Positions 56,704 through 64,000 of a DNA stretch of 64,000 bases are shown one piece after another; within the stretch, counting starts at the first letter, position 1, and each line of letters begins with the position of its first letter. Under the pieces are notes generated by a model, which did not search any database, had not been told where the DNA came from, and was given only the letters and a program-made list of their open reading frames with translations. The stretch is from Tepidiforma sp. (GTDB taxonomy: Bacteria; Chloroflexota; Dehalococcoidia; Tepidiformales; Tepidiformaceae). The stretch spans positions 505,444-569,443 of the forward strand of contig BPIG01000001.1 in the NCBI GenBank assembly GCA_026003995.1, in the 5' to 3' direction. The position numbers were made by a program, and so were the translations under genes.

Positions 56704-59148
56704 TCAGACGACGAGGTTCACGAGCTTACCGGGGACGTAGATCACCTTCCGGGGCGCGCCATCGCCGAGCACTGCGGCGACCCGTTCGAGCCCGCGGGCG
56801 CGTTCGAGGACCAGCGCCTCATCGGCGTCGGCGGGCACGGTCACCCGGTCGCGGAGCTTCCCGTTGACCTGGACGGCGATCTCGACCTCCTCGTCGCGGG
56901 CGAGCTCGGGGTCGGCCTCCGGCCAGCGCTGCTGGTGAATCGAGTACGGCCCGCCGATGCGCTCCCAGAGCTCTTCGGTGATGTGCGGCGCGAGCGGCGC
57001 AGTAAGGAGGAGCGCTGTGCGGATGCCTTCCTCCCAGGCGGCGCGGTCGACGGGGCCGGCCTCGCGGGCGCGCTGGAGCGCCGAGGAGTGCTCCATCAGC
57101 CGGGAGATCATCGTGTTGAAGCGGAAATGCTCGATGTCCTGCGTCGCAGCGAGGATGGTCTTGTGCGTCGCCCGGCGCAGGTCGCGCGCCGCGGGCGAAT
57201 CGGGTGCTTCGATGAGCTGAACCGGGTCGACGACGAGCGACCAGAGGCGGTGGAGCCAGCGGGAGATGCCGGCCATGCCCGTCGGGTTGTACGGGCCGCC
57301 CTGGTCCCACGGTCCGACGAACATGAGCTGGCAGCGGAAGCAGTCGGCGCCCCACTGGGCGACCTGCTCATCCGGGGCGACGACGTTCCCGCGGCTCTTC
57401 GACATGCGGTTGCCGTCGGGGCCCAGGATGACGCCCTGGTTGAAGAGGCGGAGCATCGGTTCGTCGCCTTCGACGAGCCCGAGGTCGCGCGCGGCCTTCC
57501 AGAAGAACCGGGTGTAGAGCAGGTGCATGACCGCGTGCTCGGCGCCGCCGGTGTACTGGTCGACAGGAAGCCATTTGCGGGCCAGCTCGCGTCGGAACGG
57601 CGCCTCGTCGTTGTGCGGGTCGATGTACCGCATCTGATACCAGCTGGAACACATGAACGTGTCCATGGTGTCCGTTTCGCGGCGGGCGGGTTTGCCGTCG
57701 ATGGGACACGGGACGTTCACCCACTCCTCGACCTGCGTGAGCGGCGACTGGCCGGTGGGGTCGAACTTCACGTTCTCGGGCAACAGGACGGGCAGGTCCT
57801 TTTCGGGGACGGGGACGATGCCGTGGTCCGGGCAGTGGATCATCGGGATCGGCGCGCCCCAGTAGCGCTGGCGGGAGATCAGCCAGTCCCGCAGGCGGTA
57901 GGTGACGGTTGCTTCACCGAACCCGCGCTCGGCGGCGTAGGCGGTCACGCGCTGGATGGCTTCTTCTGCCGGCGTGCCGTCGAACGGGCCGGAATTGATC
58001 ATCTTCGTGCCGCGCGTGAAGGCTGCGGTGAGCGGCTTCGTGACGTCGATTTCCGGGTGGTCGAAGACGGGAACGACCGGGAGGCCGTACTTCTGCGCGA
58101 ATTCGAAGTCGCGCTGGTCGTGCGCGGGGACGGCCATGATGGCGCCGGTGCCATAGGTCACGAGCACGTAGTCGGCGATCCAGATGGGGACGCGGCTGCC
58201 GTTGAAGGGGTTGATGGCGTAGGCGCCGGTGAATACGCCGGTCTTTTCGCGCTCGGTGGAGAGGCGCTCGATTTCCGTCTGGCGGCTCGCCTGCACGCGG
58301 TACGCGTCGACCGCGTCGCGGCATTCCGGCGTCGTGATGCGTTCGACCAGCGGGTGTTCGGGGGCGAGCACCATGAAGGTCGCGCCGTAAACCGTGTCCG
58401 GGCGGGTGGTGAATACGCAAAGCGGTTCATCGACGCCGGGCACGTCGACGCGGAACTGGAGCGTCGCGCCCTCGGAGCGGCCGATCCAGTTGGTCTGCAT
58501 CACCTTGATGCGCTCGGGCCAGTCGATGCCGTCGAAGCGGAGGAGTTCTTCGGCGTAGGCGGTGATGCGGAAGAACCACTGGGTCAGGAAGCGGCGTTCG
58601 ACGATATCGTCGGAGCGCTCACAGCGGCCGTCGATGACCTGTTCGTTCGCGAGGACGGTCTGGCAGCCGGGGCACCAGTTGGCTGCGGCTTCCGCGCGAT
58701 AGGCGAGCCCCTTCTCGTAGAACTTGAGGAACCACCACTGCGTCCATTTGTAGTATTCGGGGTCGCTCGTGATGACTTCGCGGTCCCAGTCGAACCCGGC
58801 GCCCATCATGCGAAGCTGGCCGCGCATGCGGTCGATGTTGGCGTAGGTCCATGCCTTCGGGTCGATGCCGCGTTTGATGGCGGCGTTTTCGGCCGGGAGG
58901 CCGAAAGCATCGAAGCCCATGGGGAAGAGGACGTTGTAGCCCTGCATGCGGCGGTAGCGGGCGGCCGCGTCGCTGGGCGCCATGGCGTACCAGTGGCCGG
59001 TGTGGAGGTCGCCCGAGGGGTAGGGGAACATGGTGAGGGCGTACCACTTGGGGCGCGGGTCGTCGTCCGGGGCGTGGTAGAGGCGGTCGGCGAGCCAGCG
59101 CTCGCGCCACTTGGCTTCGATCACGGCGGGGTCGTAGCGGTCGGGCAT
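56704..59148 (-). CDS. leuS: leucyl-tRNA synthetase
   Basis: 814 aa. HTGH (HIGH) motif, CP1 editing domain, KMSKS (RMSKSRGN). Confidence 0.96.
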   Translation of the reverse strand: MPDRYDPAVIEAKWRERWLADRLYHAPDDDPRPKWYALTMFPYPSGDLHTGHWYAMAPSDAAARYRRMQGYNVLFPMGFDAFGLPAENAAIKRGIDPKAWTYANIDRMRGQLRMMGAGFDWDREVITSDPEYYKWTQWWFLKFYEKGLAYRAEAAANWCPGCQTVLANEQVIDGRCERSDDIVERRFLTQWFFRITAYAEELLRFDGIDWPERIKVMQTNWIGRSEGATLQFRVDVPGVDEPLCVFTTRPDTVYGATFMVLAPEHPLVERITTPECRDAVDAYRVQASRQTEIERLSTEREKTGVFTGAYAINPFNGSRVPIWIADYVLVTYGTGAIMAVPAHDQRDFEFAQKYGLPVVPVFDHPEIDVTKPLTAAFTRGTKMINSGPFDGTPAEEAIQRVTAYAAERGFGEATVTYRLRDWLISRQRYWGAPIPMIHCPDHGIVPVPEKDLPVLLPENVKFDPTGQSPLTQVEEWVNVPCPIDGKPARRETDTMDTFMCSSWYQMRYIDPHNDEAPFRRELARKWLPVDQYTGGAEHAVMHLLYTRFFWKAARDLGLVEGDEPMLRLFNQGVILGPDGNRMSKSRGNVVAPDEQVAQWGADCFRCQLMFVGPWDQGGPYNPTGMAGISRWLHRLWSLVVDPVQLIEAPDSPAARDLRRATHKTILAATQDIEHFRFNTMISRLMEHSSALQRAREAGPVDRAAWEEGIRTALLLTAPLAPHITEELWERIGGPYSIHQQRWPEADPELARDEEVEIAVQVNGKLRDRVTVPADADEALVLERARGLERVAAVLGDGAPRKVIYVPGKLVNLVV

Positions 59149-59350
59149 GGACTGCTCCAGGGGGTAGCTCGGTCTTCGCTGCGGAGAGGATTCGGGAAGG
59201 CCCCGCCGGCTAGTGGCCGCGGGGCCGAAGAAGGGTCGCCCGTGCCGTCGGGGTCGGCATGATGCCGCTCATGATACCGGCGGGCCATCGGGAGCGTCAT
59301 CGCACCGGGCGCGAGTCGTCGGGCGGCGAACCTGGGCCGCTCCCGACGAG

Positions 59351-59908
59351 TTAGCCGGGATAGTGGGCAACGAGAAGCGTTTCGAAGTTGCGCTCGCGGG
59401 AGCAAACGGGGCAGGTGAGGTACCACGCGTACATGGCGGCCGGCGGGCGGCCGTACCGCTCGCGGGCCTCATCGCGGAGCCGCCGGGCGGCCTTCGCCAG
59501 CTCGCCCCATGGGGCTTCTACGAGCCGGCTGTAGGCGACGCCGCCGGGGCGAATCACCTCCTTCGAAGCGGGGACCTCGCCCTCGACTTCGAGGAGCAGC
59601 GGCCGGCTGAACGTTCCCTCGCCGATGAGGAGCATCGCATCCTCCGGCACCTCGAACCCGAGGGCGCTGGCGCGTTCGAAGAGCGCGGACCGGGCGGCAT
59701 CGAAGCCGACGGGCACGCCGGCCAGCGCTTTCACTGAGGCGCGCAGGAAGGTGATGTCGGACCAGTCGCTTTCGACGCCGTCCCAGTCGGCCGGGTCGAG
59801 CCGCGGGCAATCGCAGGCTTCGACGGGCAGGGACGCGTCGCCGGCGGCCGAAGGGGCTGCCTGCTTCCGGTCGCCGGGAATGAGGATGCGACGGCGCGGT
59901 TCGGACAT
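59351..59908 (-). CDS. hypothetical protein with CDCP ... TCPVC Cys pairs
   Basis: Start set to MSEPRRR (ATG 59908) to avoid overlap with the upstream glucosidase. Coding-like composition. No family recognised. Confidence 0.5.
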   Translation of the reverse strand: MSEPRRRILIPGDRKQAAPSAAGDASLPVEACDCPRLDPADWDGVESDWSDITFLRASVKALAGVPVGFDAARSALFERASALGFEVPEDAMLLIGEGTFSRPLLLEVEGEVPASKEVIRPGGVAYSRLVEAPWGELAKAARRLRDEARERYGRPPAAMYAWYLTCPVCSRERNFETLLVAHYPG

Positions 59909-59939
59909 AGCGCGAGGATACCAGAGCCCCGGTTGGGGG

Positions 59940-61577
59940 TCAGAAGCCGGCGATGACCCACGCGGCACCGAGCGGCGGCAGTTCGACGGCGCCGCCGCTG
60001 ACTCGCGCGCCGTCGCGGGAGCGGTCGGTGCAGAGCGCGACGCGGCCCGCCTCGAACGGCAGTCTCGCCGTCACAGCGTCGGTGGAGGTGTTGATGGCGA
60101 CGGCCACCGGCGGGGTGTCCGGAGCACGCCGCGTCCAGGTGACGGTGCGGTCGTCGCCGGCGAGGTCGGCCAGGGCGCCGAGCCGGAGCGCGGGGAGGTC
60201 CTTTCGGAGCCAGATGGCGCGGCGGTAGAGCGAGAGCAGGGAGTCCGGGTCGCCGTCCTGTTCGGCGACGTTCGGCGAAACCGGGCCGAACGGCAGCCAC
60301 GGTTCGCCGGTGGTGAATCCGCGCCCTGGCGTCGCGTCCCACTGCATCGGCGTCCGCTCAGGGTCGCGGCCGATGGAGCGGAAGCGGGCCGGGTCCTGCT
60401 GGCGCTCGGGCGGGATGTCGACGTCGGCCATCCCGATCTCTTCGCCGTAGTAGATGAACGGCGTGTTCCGGAGGCCGAGGAGGAGGAGCGCAGCGGCCCG
60501 CGCCCGTTCGGCACCGCGCCCATCATGATTATGTCTCGTCACGAAGCGGGAGCGGTCGTGGTTGTTCAGTGCGAAACATGGCTGGCTGAAGGGCGGCACG
60601 GTCGCTTCGGCGTTTGCGATGATGCGGCGCAGTGTCGGCGCCTCCCACGGGGTGATGACGTGGCCCTGCTCGTGGATGAAGTGAAAGTTGAAGGCGAGGT
60701 GGAGGCCCGGGGCGTCCTGCGTGCCGTAGAAGCGGGCGATCTCCTCCGGGGTGCCGAAGACCTCGCCAACGGCGACGCGGCCAGGATACTCGTCGAACAC
60801 CCGCCTGATGCGCTGCACCTCCGCGAACACGTCGGGGTAGTTGTGGTTGTGAATCCAGATCTGACTGAAGCGCTCGCGATCGCCGGGCCGCCAGTCGGGG
60901 TTGGGCGGGTTATCCGGCAGGTCCGGGTGTTTCAGGATGCGGCCGATGACGTCGATGCGGAAGCCGTCGATGCCGCGTTCGAACCAGAACCTCAGCGTGT
61001 CGAGCATCGCCGCTTCGACCTCGGGGTTCCGCCAGTTGAGGTCGGGCTGTTCTTTGAGGAACGAGTGGAGGTAGTACTGGCCGGTCGCCTCGTCGAAGGT
61101 CCACGCGGGGCCGCCGAAGACGGACCGCCAGTTGTTGGGCGGCGACCCATCGGGCTTCGGGTCGCGCCAGATATACCAGTCGCGCTTCGGGTTCGCGCGC
61201 GAGGAGCGCGATGCGAGGAACCACAGGTGCCGGTCGCTCGTATGGTTCGGCACCCAATCGAGGAGGACGCGGATGCCGCGCTGGTGGCACTCGGCGACCA
61301 GCCGGTCCATCGTTTCGAGGGTGCCGAAGTCGGGGTGGACATCGCAGTAGTCGCTGACGTCGTAGCCGAAGTCGGCCATCGGGGAGGGGAACGTAGGCGA
61401 GAGCCAGATGGCGTCGACGCCGAGGGACCGGGGCGTCCCATCGTTGAGGTAGTCGAGGCGGCGGATGATGCCTTCGAGGTCGCCGATGCCGTCGCCGTTG
61501 GAGTCCTGGAAGCTCCGCGGGTAGACCTGGTAGCAGACGGCCTCGCGCCACCAGTCGCCCGGGGGCGCAGCGGTCAT
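59940..61577 (-). CDS. GH13 alpha-glucosidase / oligo-1,6-glucosidase-type alpha-amylase family enzyme
   Basis: [56 protein letters not shown] catalytic signature regions. Confidence 0.9.
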   Translation of the reverse strand: MTAAPPGDWWREAVCYQVYPRSFQDSNGDGIGDLEGIIRRLDYLNDGTPRSLGVDAIWLSPTFPSPMADFGYDVSDYCDVHPDFGTLETMDRLVAECHQRGIRVLLDWVPNHTSDRHLWFLASRSSRANPKRDWYIWRDPKPDGSPPNNWRSVFGGPAWTFDEATGQYYLHSFLKEQPDLNWRNPEVEAAMLDTLRFWFERGIDGFRIDVIGRILKHPDLPDNPPNPDWRPGDRERFSQIWIHNHNYPDVFAEVQRIRRVFDEYPGRVAVGEVFGTPEEIARFYGTQDAPGLHLAFNFHFIHEQGHVITPWEAPTLRRIIANAEATVPPFSQPCFALNNHDRSRFVTRHNHDGRGAERARAAALLLLGLRNTPFIYYGEEIGMADVDIPPERQQDPARFRSIGRDPERTPMQWDATPGRGFTTGEPWLPFGPVSPNVAEQDGDPDSLLSLYRRAIWLRKDLPALRLGALADLAGDDRTVTWTRRAPDTPPVAVAINTSTDAVTARLPFEAGRVALCTDRSRDGARVSGGAVELPPLGAAWVIAGF

Positions 61578-61578
61578 C

Positions 61579-61929
61579 TCAGGCGGCCGCGGCAGCGCGG
61601 ACCTCGGCGAGGAGGTCCGGATGTTCATCGAGGAAGCCGTTGGAGACGGTGACGATGGATTCGAACGGCGCGGCGCCGCTCATGACCCGCTTCAGCCAGG
61701 CTTCGCCGACGATGCGGGCGAGTTCGTCGCGGGCTTCGGAGGTATCCTCGCGGCCGAGCTCCTGGAGGAGGCGGCGGGCGGCAGGCGCGTTGAGCAGGAC
61801 GGCGACCTCGCGGGCCTTCCAGCCGGGGACGGTCACGAGGAAGTTCGCCTGTGAGAAGCCGAGGAATTCCGTATCCGGGCTGGGCCCTTCGTAGCTGATG
61901 GCGCCGGCGGGTTCGGCAGCAACGGCCAT
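61579..61929 (-). CDS. hypothetical protein (116 aa)
   Basis: ORF ending 1 nt before the glucosidase start codon (translational coupling). Coding-like composition. No family recognised. Confidence 0.5.
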   Translation of the reverse strand: MAVAAEPAGAISYEGPSPDTEFLGFSQANFLVTVPGWKAREVAVLLNAPAARRLLQELGREDTSEARDELARIVGEAWLKRVMSGAAPFESIVTVSNGFLDEHPDLLAEVRAAAAA

Positions 61930-61947
61930 GCGTGGATTCCCCTCTCG

Positions 61948-63186
61948 TCAGTCGTGCTGCTGCGGCATCGCGATCCGCAGCGCCTCGGGCAGGTCGGCAA
62001 GGAGCTGGGTGCGAACCTGCGTCCGCGTCTGGAGCCCCCAGATGTTGATGAAGCCGACGGCAGCCGACTGGTCGTACGTATCGCCCCGATCATAGGTAGC
62101 GAGTCCGCGGTCGTACAGGGAGCGGGGCGCCTTCCGGCCGACGACGACGGCCCGGCCGCGGTGGAGCCTGACGCGGATGGTGCCGGTGACGTGGCGCTGG
62201 GTGCTGGCGACGTAGGCGGCGAGATCCTGGTGGTGGGCGCTGAACCAGAGGCCGTTGTAAATCAGCTCGGCGTACTCGGTGGCGATGTACTTCTTCAGCT
62301 TCAGCTGCTGCTTCGACAGCGTCATCGCCTCGAGGGCGGCGTGCGCGGTGTGGAGGATGACCGCCGCCGGCGCTTCGTAGATTTCGCGGCTCTTGATGCC
62401 GACGAGGCGGTCCTCGATGTGGTCGATGCGGCCGACGCCGTGGAGGCCGCCGAGGTCGTTGAGGCGCTCGACGAGCGGCACGGGGCCCAGCGCCTCACCG
62501 TTCAGCCGGACCGGGAGGCCCGCTTCGAAGTCGATTTCGAGGTACTCGGGCGTCGCTGGCGCCTCTTCCGGGTCGCGCGTCCATTCGTAGGCTTCGCGCG
62601 GCGGTTCGGTCCACGGGTCTTCGAGAACGCCCGCCTCGGCGCTGCGGCCCCAGAGATTTTCGTCGATGCTGAACGGCCCCTTTTCGCCCCACGGGATGTC
62701 GACGCCATGCTTGCGGAGGTACTCGATCTGGTAGTCGCGGGGCATCGCGTTTTCGCGGGTGGGGGCGACGATCTTGAGGGACGGGTCCAGCGTCTGGATG
62801 CCGACGTCGAAGCGGACCTGGTCGTTGCCTTTGCCGGTGCAGCCGTGGGCGACGGCGACAGCGCCCTCCTCGTGCGCGACATCGACGAGCAGCTTCGCCA
62901 TGAGCGGCCGGGCGAGCGCGGTCGCGAGCGGGTACTGGTCCTGGTAGACGGCGCCGGCAGCGAGCGCGGGGAAGGCGAAGTAGCGGAGGAAGTCCTCGCG
63001 AGCATCGATGACGCGGACTTTGACGGCGCCGGCCGCGAGCCCGCGGGATTCGACCACCGGCTGTTCGCGGCTCTTACCGACGTCGATGTTGAGGGCGATG
63101 ACCTCGTAGCCCTGTTCGACGGTAAGCCACTTGATGGCGGTGGTGGTATCGAGCCCACCGGAGTAGGCGAGGACGAGCTTCGGCAC
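61948..63186 (-). CDS. argG: argininosuccinate synthase
   Basis: GTG 63186 follows GGAAA. KLVLAYSGGLDTT P-loop-like ATP pyrophosphatase motif and a colinear ArgG core. About 412 aa. The upstream part of the listed ORF is Arg-rich junk. Confidence 0.93.
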   Translation of the reverse strand: MPKLVLAYSGGLDTTTAIKWLTVEQGYEVIALNIDVGKSREQPVVESRGLAAGAVKVRVIDAREDFLRYFAFPALAAGAVYQDQYPLATALARPLMAKLLVDVAHEEGAVAVAHGCTGKGNDQVRFDVGIQTLDPSLKIVAPTRENAMPRDYQIEYLRKHGVDIPWGEKGPFSIDENLWGRSAEAGVLEDPWTEPPREAYEWTRDPEEAPATPEYLEIDFEAGLPVRLNGEALGPVPLVERLNDLGGLHGVGRIDHIEDRLVGIKSREIYEAPAAVILHTAHAALEAMTLSKQQLKLKKYIATEYAELIYNGLWFSAHHQDLAAYVASTQRHVTGTIRVRLHRGRAVVVGRKAPRSLYDRGLATYDRGDTYDQSAAVGFINIWGLQTRTQVRTQLLADLPEALRIAMPQQHD

Positions 63187-63257
63187 GCGCGTTTCCTGTC
63201 GGGCGAAGGGTGTGGCTCCAGTATGGCCGGGCGGCGGGCAGGCGCAAACCGCGCCGG

Positions 63258-63614
63258 TCAGTCGCCGAGTTCGCGGCGGGCGGCAGCGACACCGAGGAGC
63301 CAGCCAGCGATCGCGCTGGCCGAGGTCACAGCCGCCATCGCGATGAGCGCCGCGACGGAGAACGCGAGCGGGAGGCGCCCGGCGACAGCGAAGGGGAGGA
63401 GGGCGGCAGCCGCTGCCGCCGCGGCAGCGCCGCCCAGCACGAGGTACGGCCCGCCGTGCCGATGGACGGCGCGCCACCGTTCATCGCTGGAGAGGGTGTA
63501 GGGCGTGCGGATGCCGGCGACGTGCTGCCGCGGCAGCTTGCCGGTCAACCCGCGCCAGCCGACCCAGGCGACGACGATGCCGCCGACGAACACGATGAGA
63601 AACGCGAACCACAT
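63258..63614 (-). CDS. SdpI/YhfL-like small integral membrane protein
   Basis: 118 aa, 3-4 TM segments, GIRTPYTLSSDERW motif resembling the SdpI family loop. Confidence 0.55.
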   Translation of the reverse strand: MWFAFLIVFVGGIVVAWVGWRGLTGKLPRQHVAGIRTPYTLSSDERWRAVHRHGGPYLVLGGAAAAAAAAALLPFAVAGRLPLAFSVAALIAMAAVTSASAIAGWLLGVAAARRELGD

Positions 63615-63623
63615 GGATGAGGC

Positions 63624-64000
63624 CTACTTCGCGCCCGCGCCTTCGACGGCGGCGATGGCGGCTTCCAGGATCTCGGCCGCGCGGTCGACCTCGTCGTCGG
63701 AAACGTTGAGCGGGGGCATGAGGCGGACGGCGTTGGGGCGGACGTTGTTCACGAGCAGGCCGCGCCGGCGCGCCTCATCGACGACCTCGGCAGAGCAATC
63801 GCGGGCGAGGCCCACGGCGAGGAGCATCCCCCGGCCGCGGACGCCGGTGACGAGCGGGTGGCGGTCTTCGATCGCTTGCAGGCGGTCGATGAGCCGCTGC
63901 GACCGCTCCCGGGCGGCCTCGAGAAAGCCCGGGGCCATGACTTCGCGGAGGGTTGCGAGGGCCGCGGCGGCCGCGAGGGCGTTGCCGCCGAACGTGCTGC
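63624..64000 (-). CDS. argD: acetylornithine aminotransferase (class III PLP aminotransferase), C-terminal part; N-terminus outside window
   Basis: ...STFGGNALAAAAALATLREVMAPGFLE...VRGRGMLLAV...LLVNNVRPNAVRLMPPLNV... is a typical ArgD C-terminus, and argG is adjacent. The reading frame is open to the window edge. Confidence 0.82.
   Translation of the reverse strand, partial: STFGGNALAAAAALATLREVMAPGFLEAARERSQRLIDRLQAIEDRHPLVTGVRGRGMLLAVGLARDCSAEVVDEARRRGLLVNNVRPNAVRLMPPLNVSDDEVDRAAEILEAAIAAVEGAGAK

Noticed and set aside
59149-59350. A T-box riboswitch upstream of leuS.
   Set aside because: I found no T-box consensus (UGGNACCGCG-type sequence), no clear specifier loop and no AG bulge or distal loop motifs. 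Only generic hairpins are present.

Overview
This is a very high-GC bacterial chromosomal segment, roughly two-thirds G+C by eye, densely packed with housekeeping genes and with no transposases, CRISPR arrays, rRNA or tRNA genes.

**Gene content.** On the minus strand: dgt-like (edge-truncated), ppsA, glmS with its ribozyme leader, nfo, smpB plus tmRNA, a C-terminal processing protease, fbaB, gltBD, typA, sucC, a PP2C phosphatase, serS, a NUDIX gene, lysS, greA, a bactofilin, leuS, a GH13 glucosidase, argG and argD. On the plus strand: a family III CoA-transferase, the csoR-copZ-copA copper operon, ispG, a MOSC protein, a group-3 sigma factor, two OmpR-type regulators and one histidine kinase, dxs plus a polyprenyl synthase, an aminotransferase, an MBL hydrolase, a beta-helix exoprotein, an Eis-like GNAT, clpP, htrA, a GH18-like protein, rsmD and coaD.

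**Likely source.** The tmRNA tag with a Gly resume codon, the glmS ribozyme, the CSLREA-like beta-helix exoprotein and the GC content are compatible with a thermophilic Chloroflexota (Thermomicrobia/Sphaerobacter-like) genome. That is a guess I cannot verify.

**Limits of the ORF track.**
- Many listed ORFs are antisense or out-of-frame shadows typical of GC-rich DNA.
- Several listed ORFs carry long spurious 5' extensions, so I re-derived starts from RBS and family N-termini.
- The track misses the edge-truncated dgt gene, all RNAs, and a 49-aa zinc-ribbon ORF.

**Main candidate for something new (about 11.7-12.6 kb).** A (CAGA)7 tetranucleotide tract lies between two closely spaced start codons in two different frames and a start-less Sec signal peptide in the third frame. 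The signal peptide is fused to a small Trp/Tyr/Gly-rich two-Cys protein, which is translationally coupled to a membrane-anchored partner. This is the architecture of a slipped-strand phase-variation switch, and this allele is in the only OFF repeat class.

**Other points:**
- an apparent frameshift near the 3' end of glmS, behind an intact glmS ribozyme;
- an orphan OmpR-family regulator with a degenerate receiver domain next to the sigma factor;
- a possible two-component flavin monooxygenase/VOC cluster;
- a lysS-NUDIX-serS gene pile-up;
- several repeat or hairpin elements in leaders.

All family calls come from motif recognition by eye. No searches were run.
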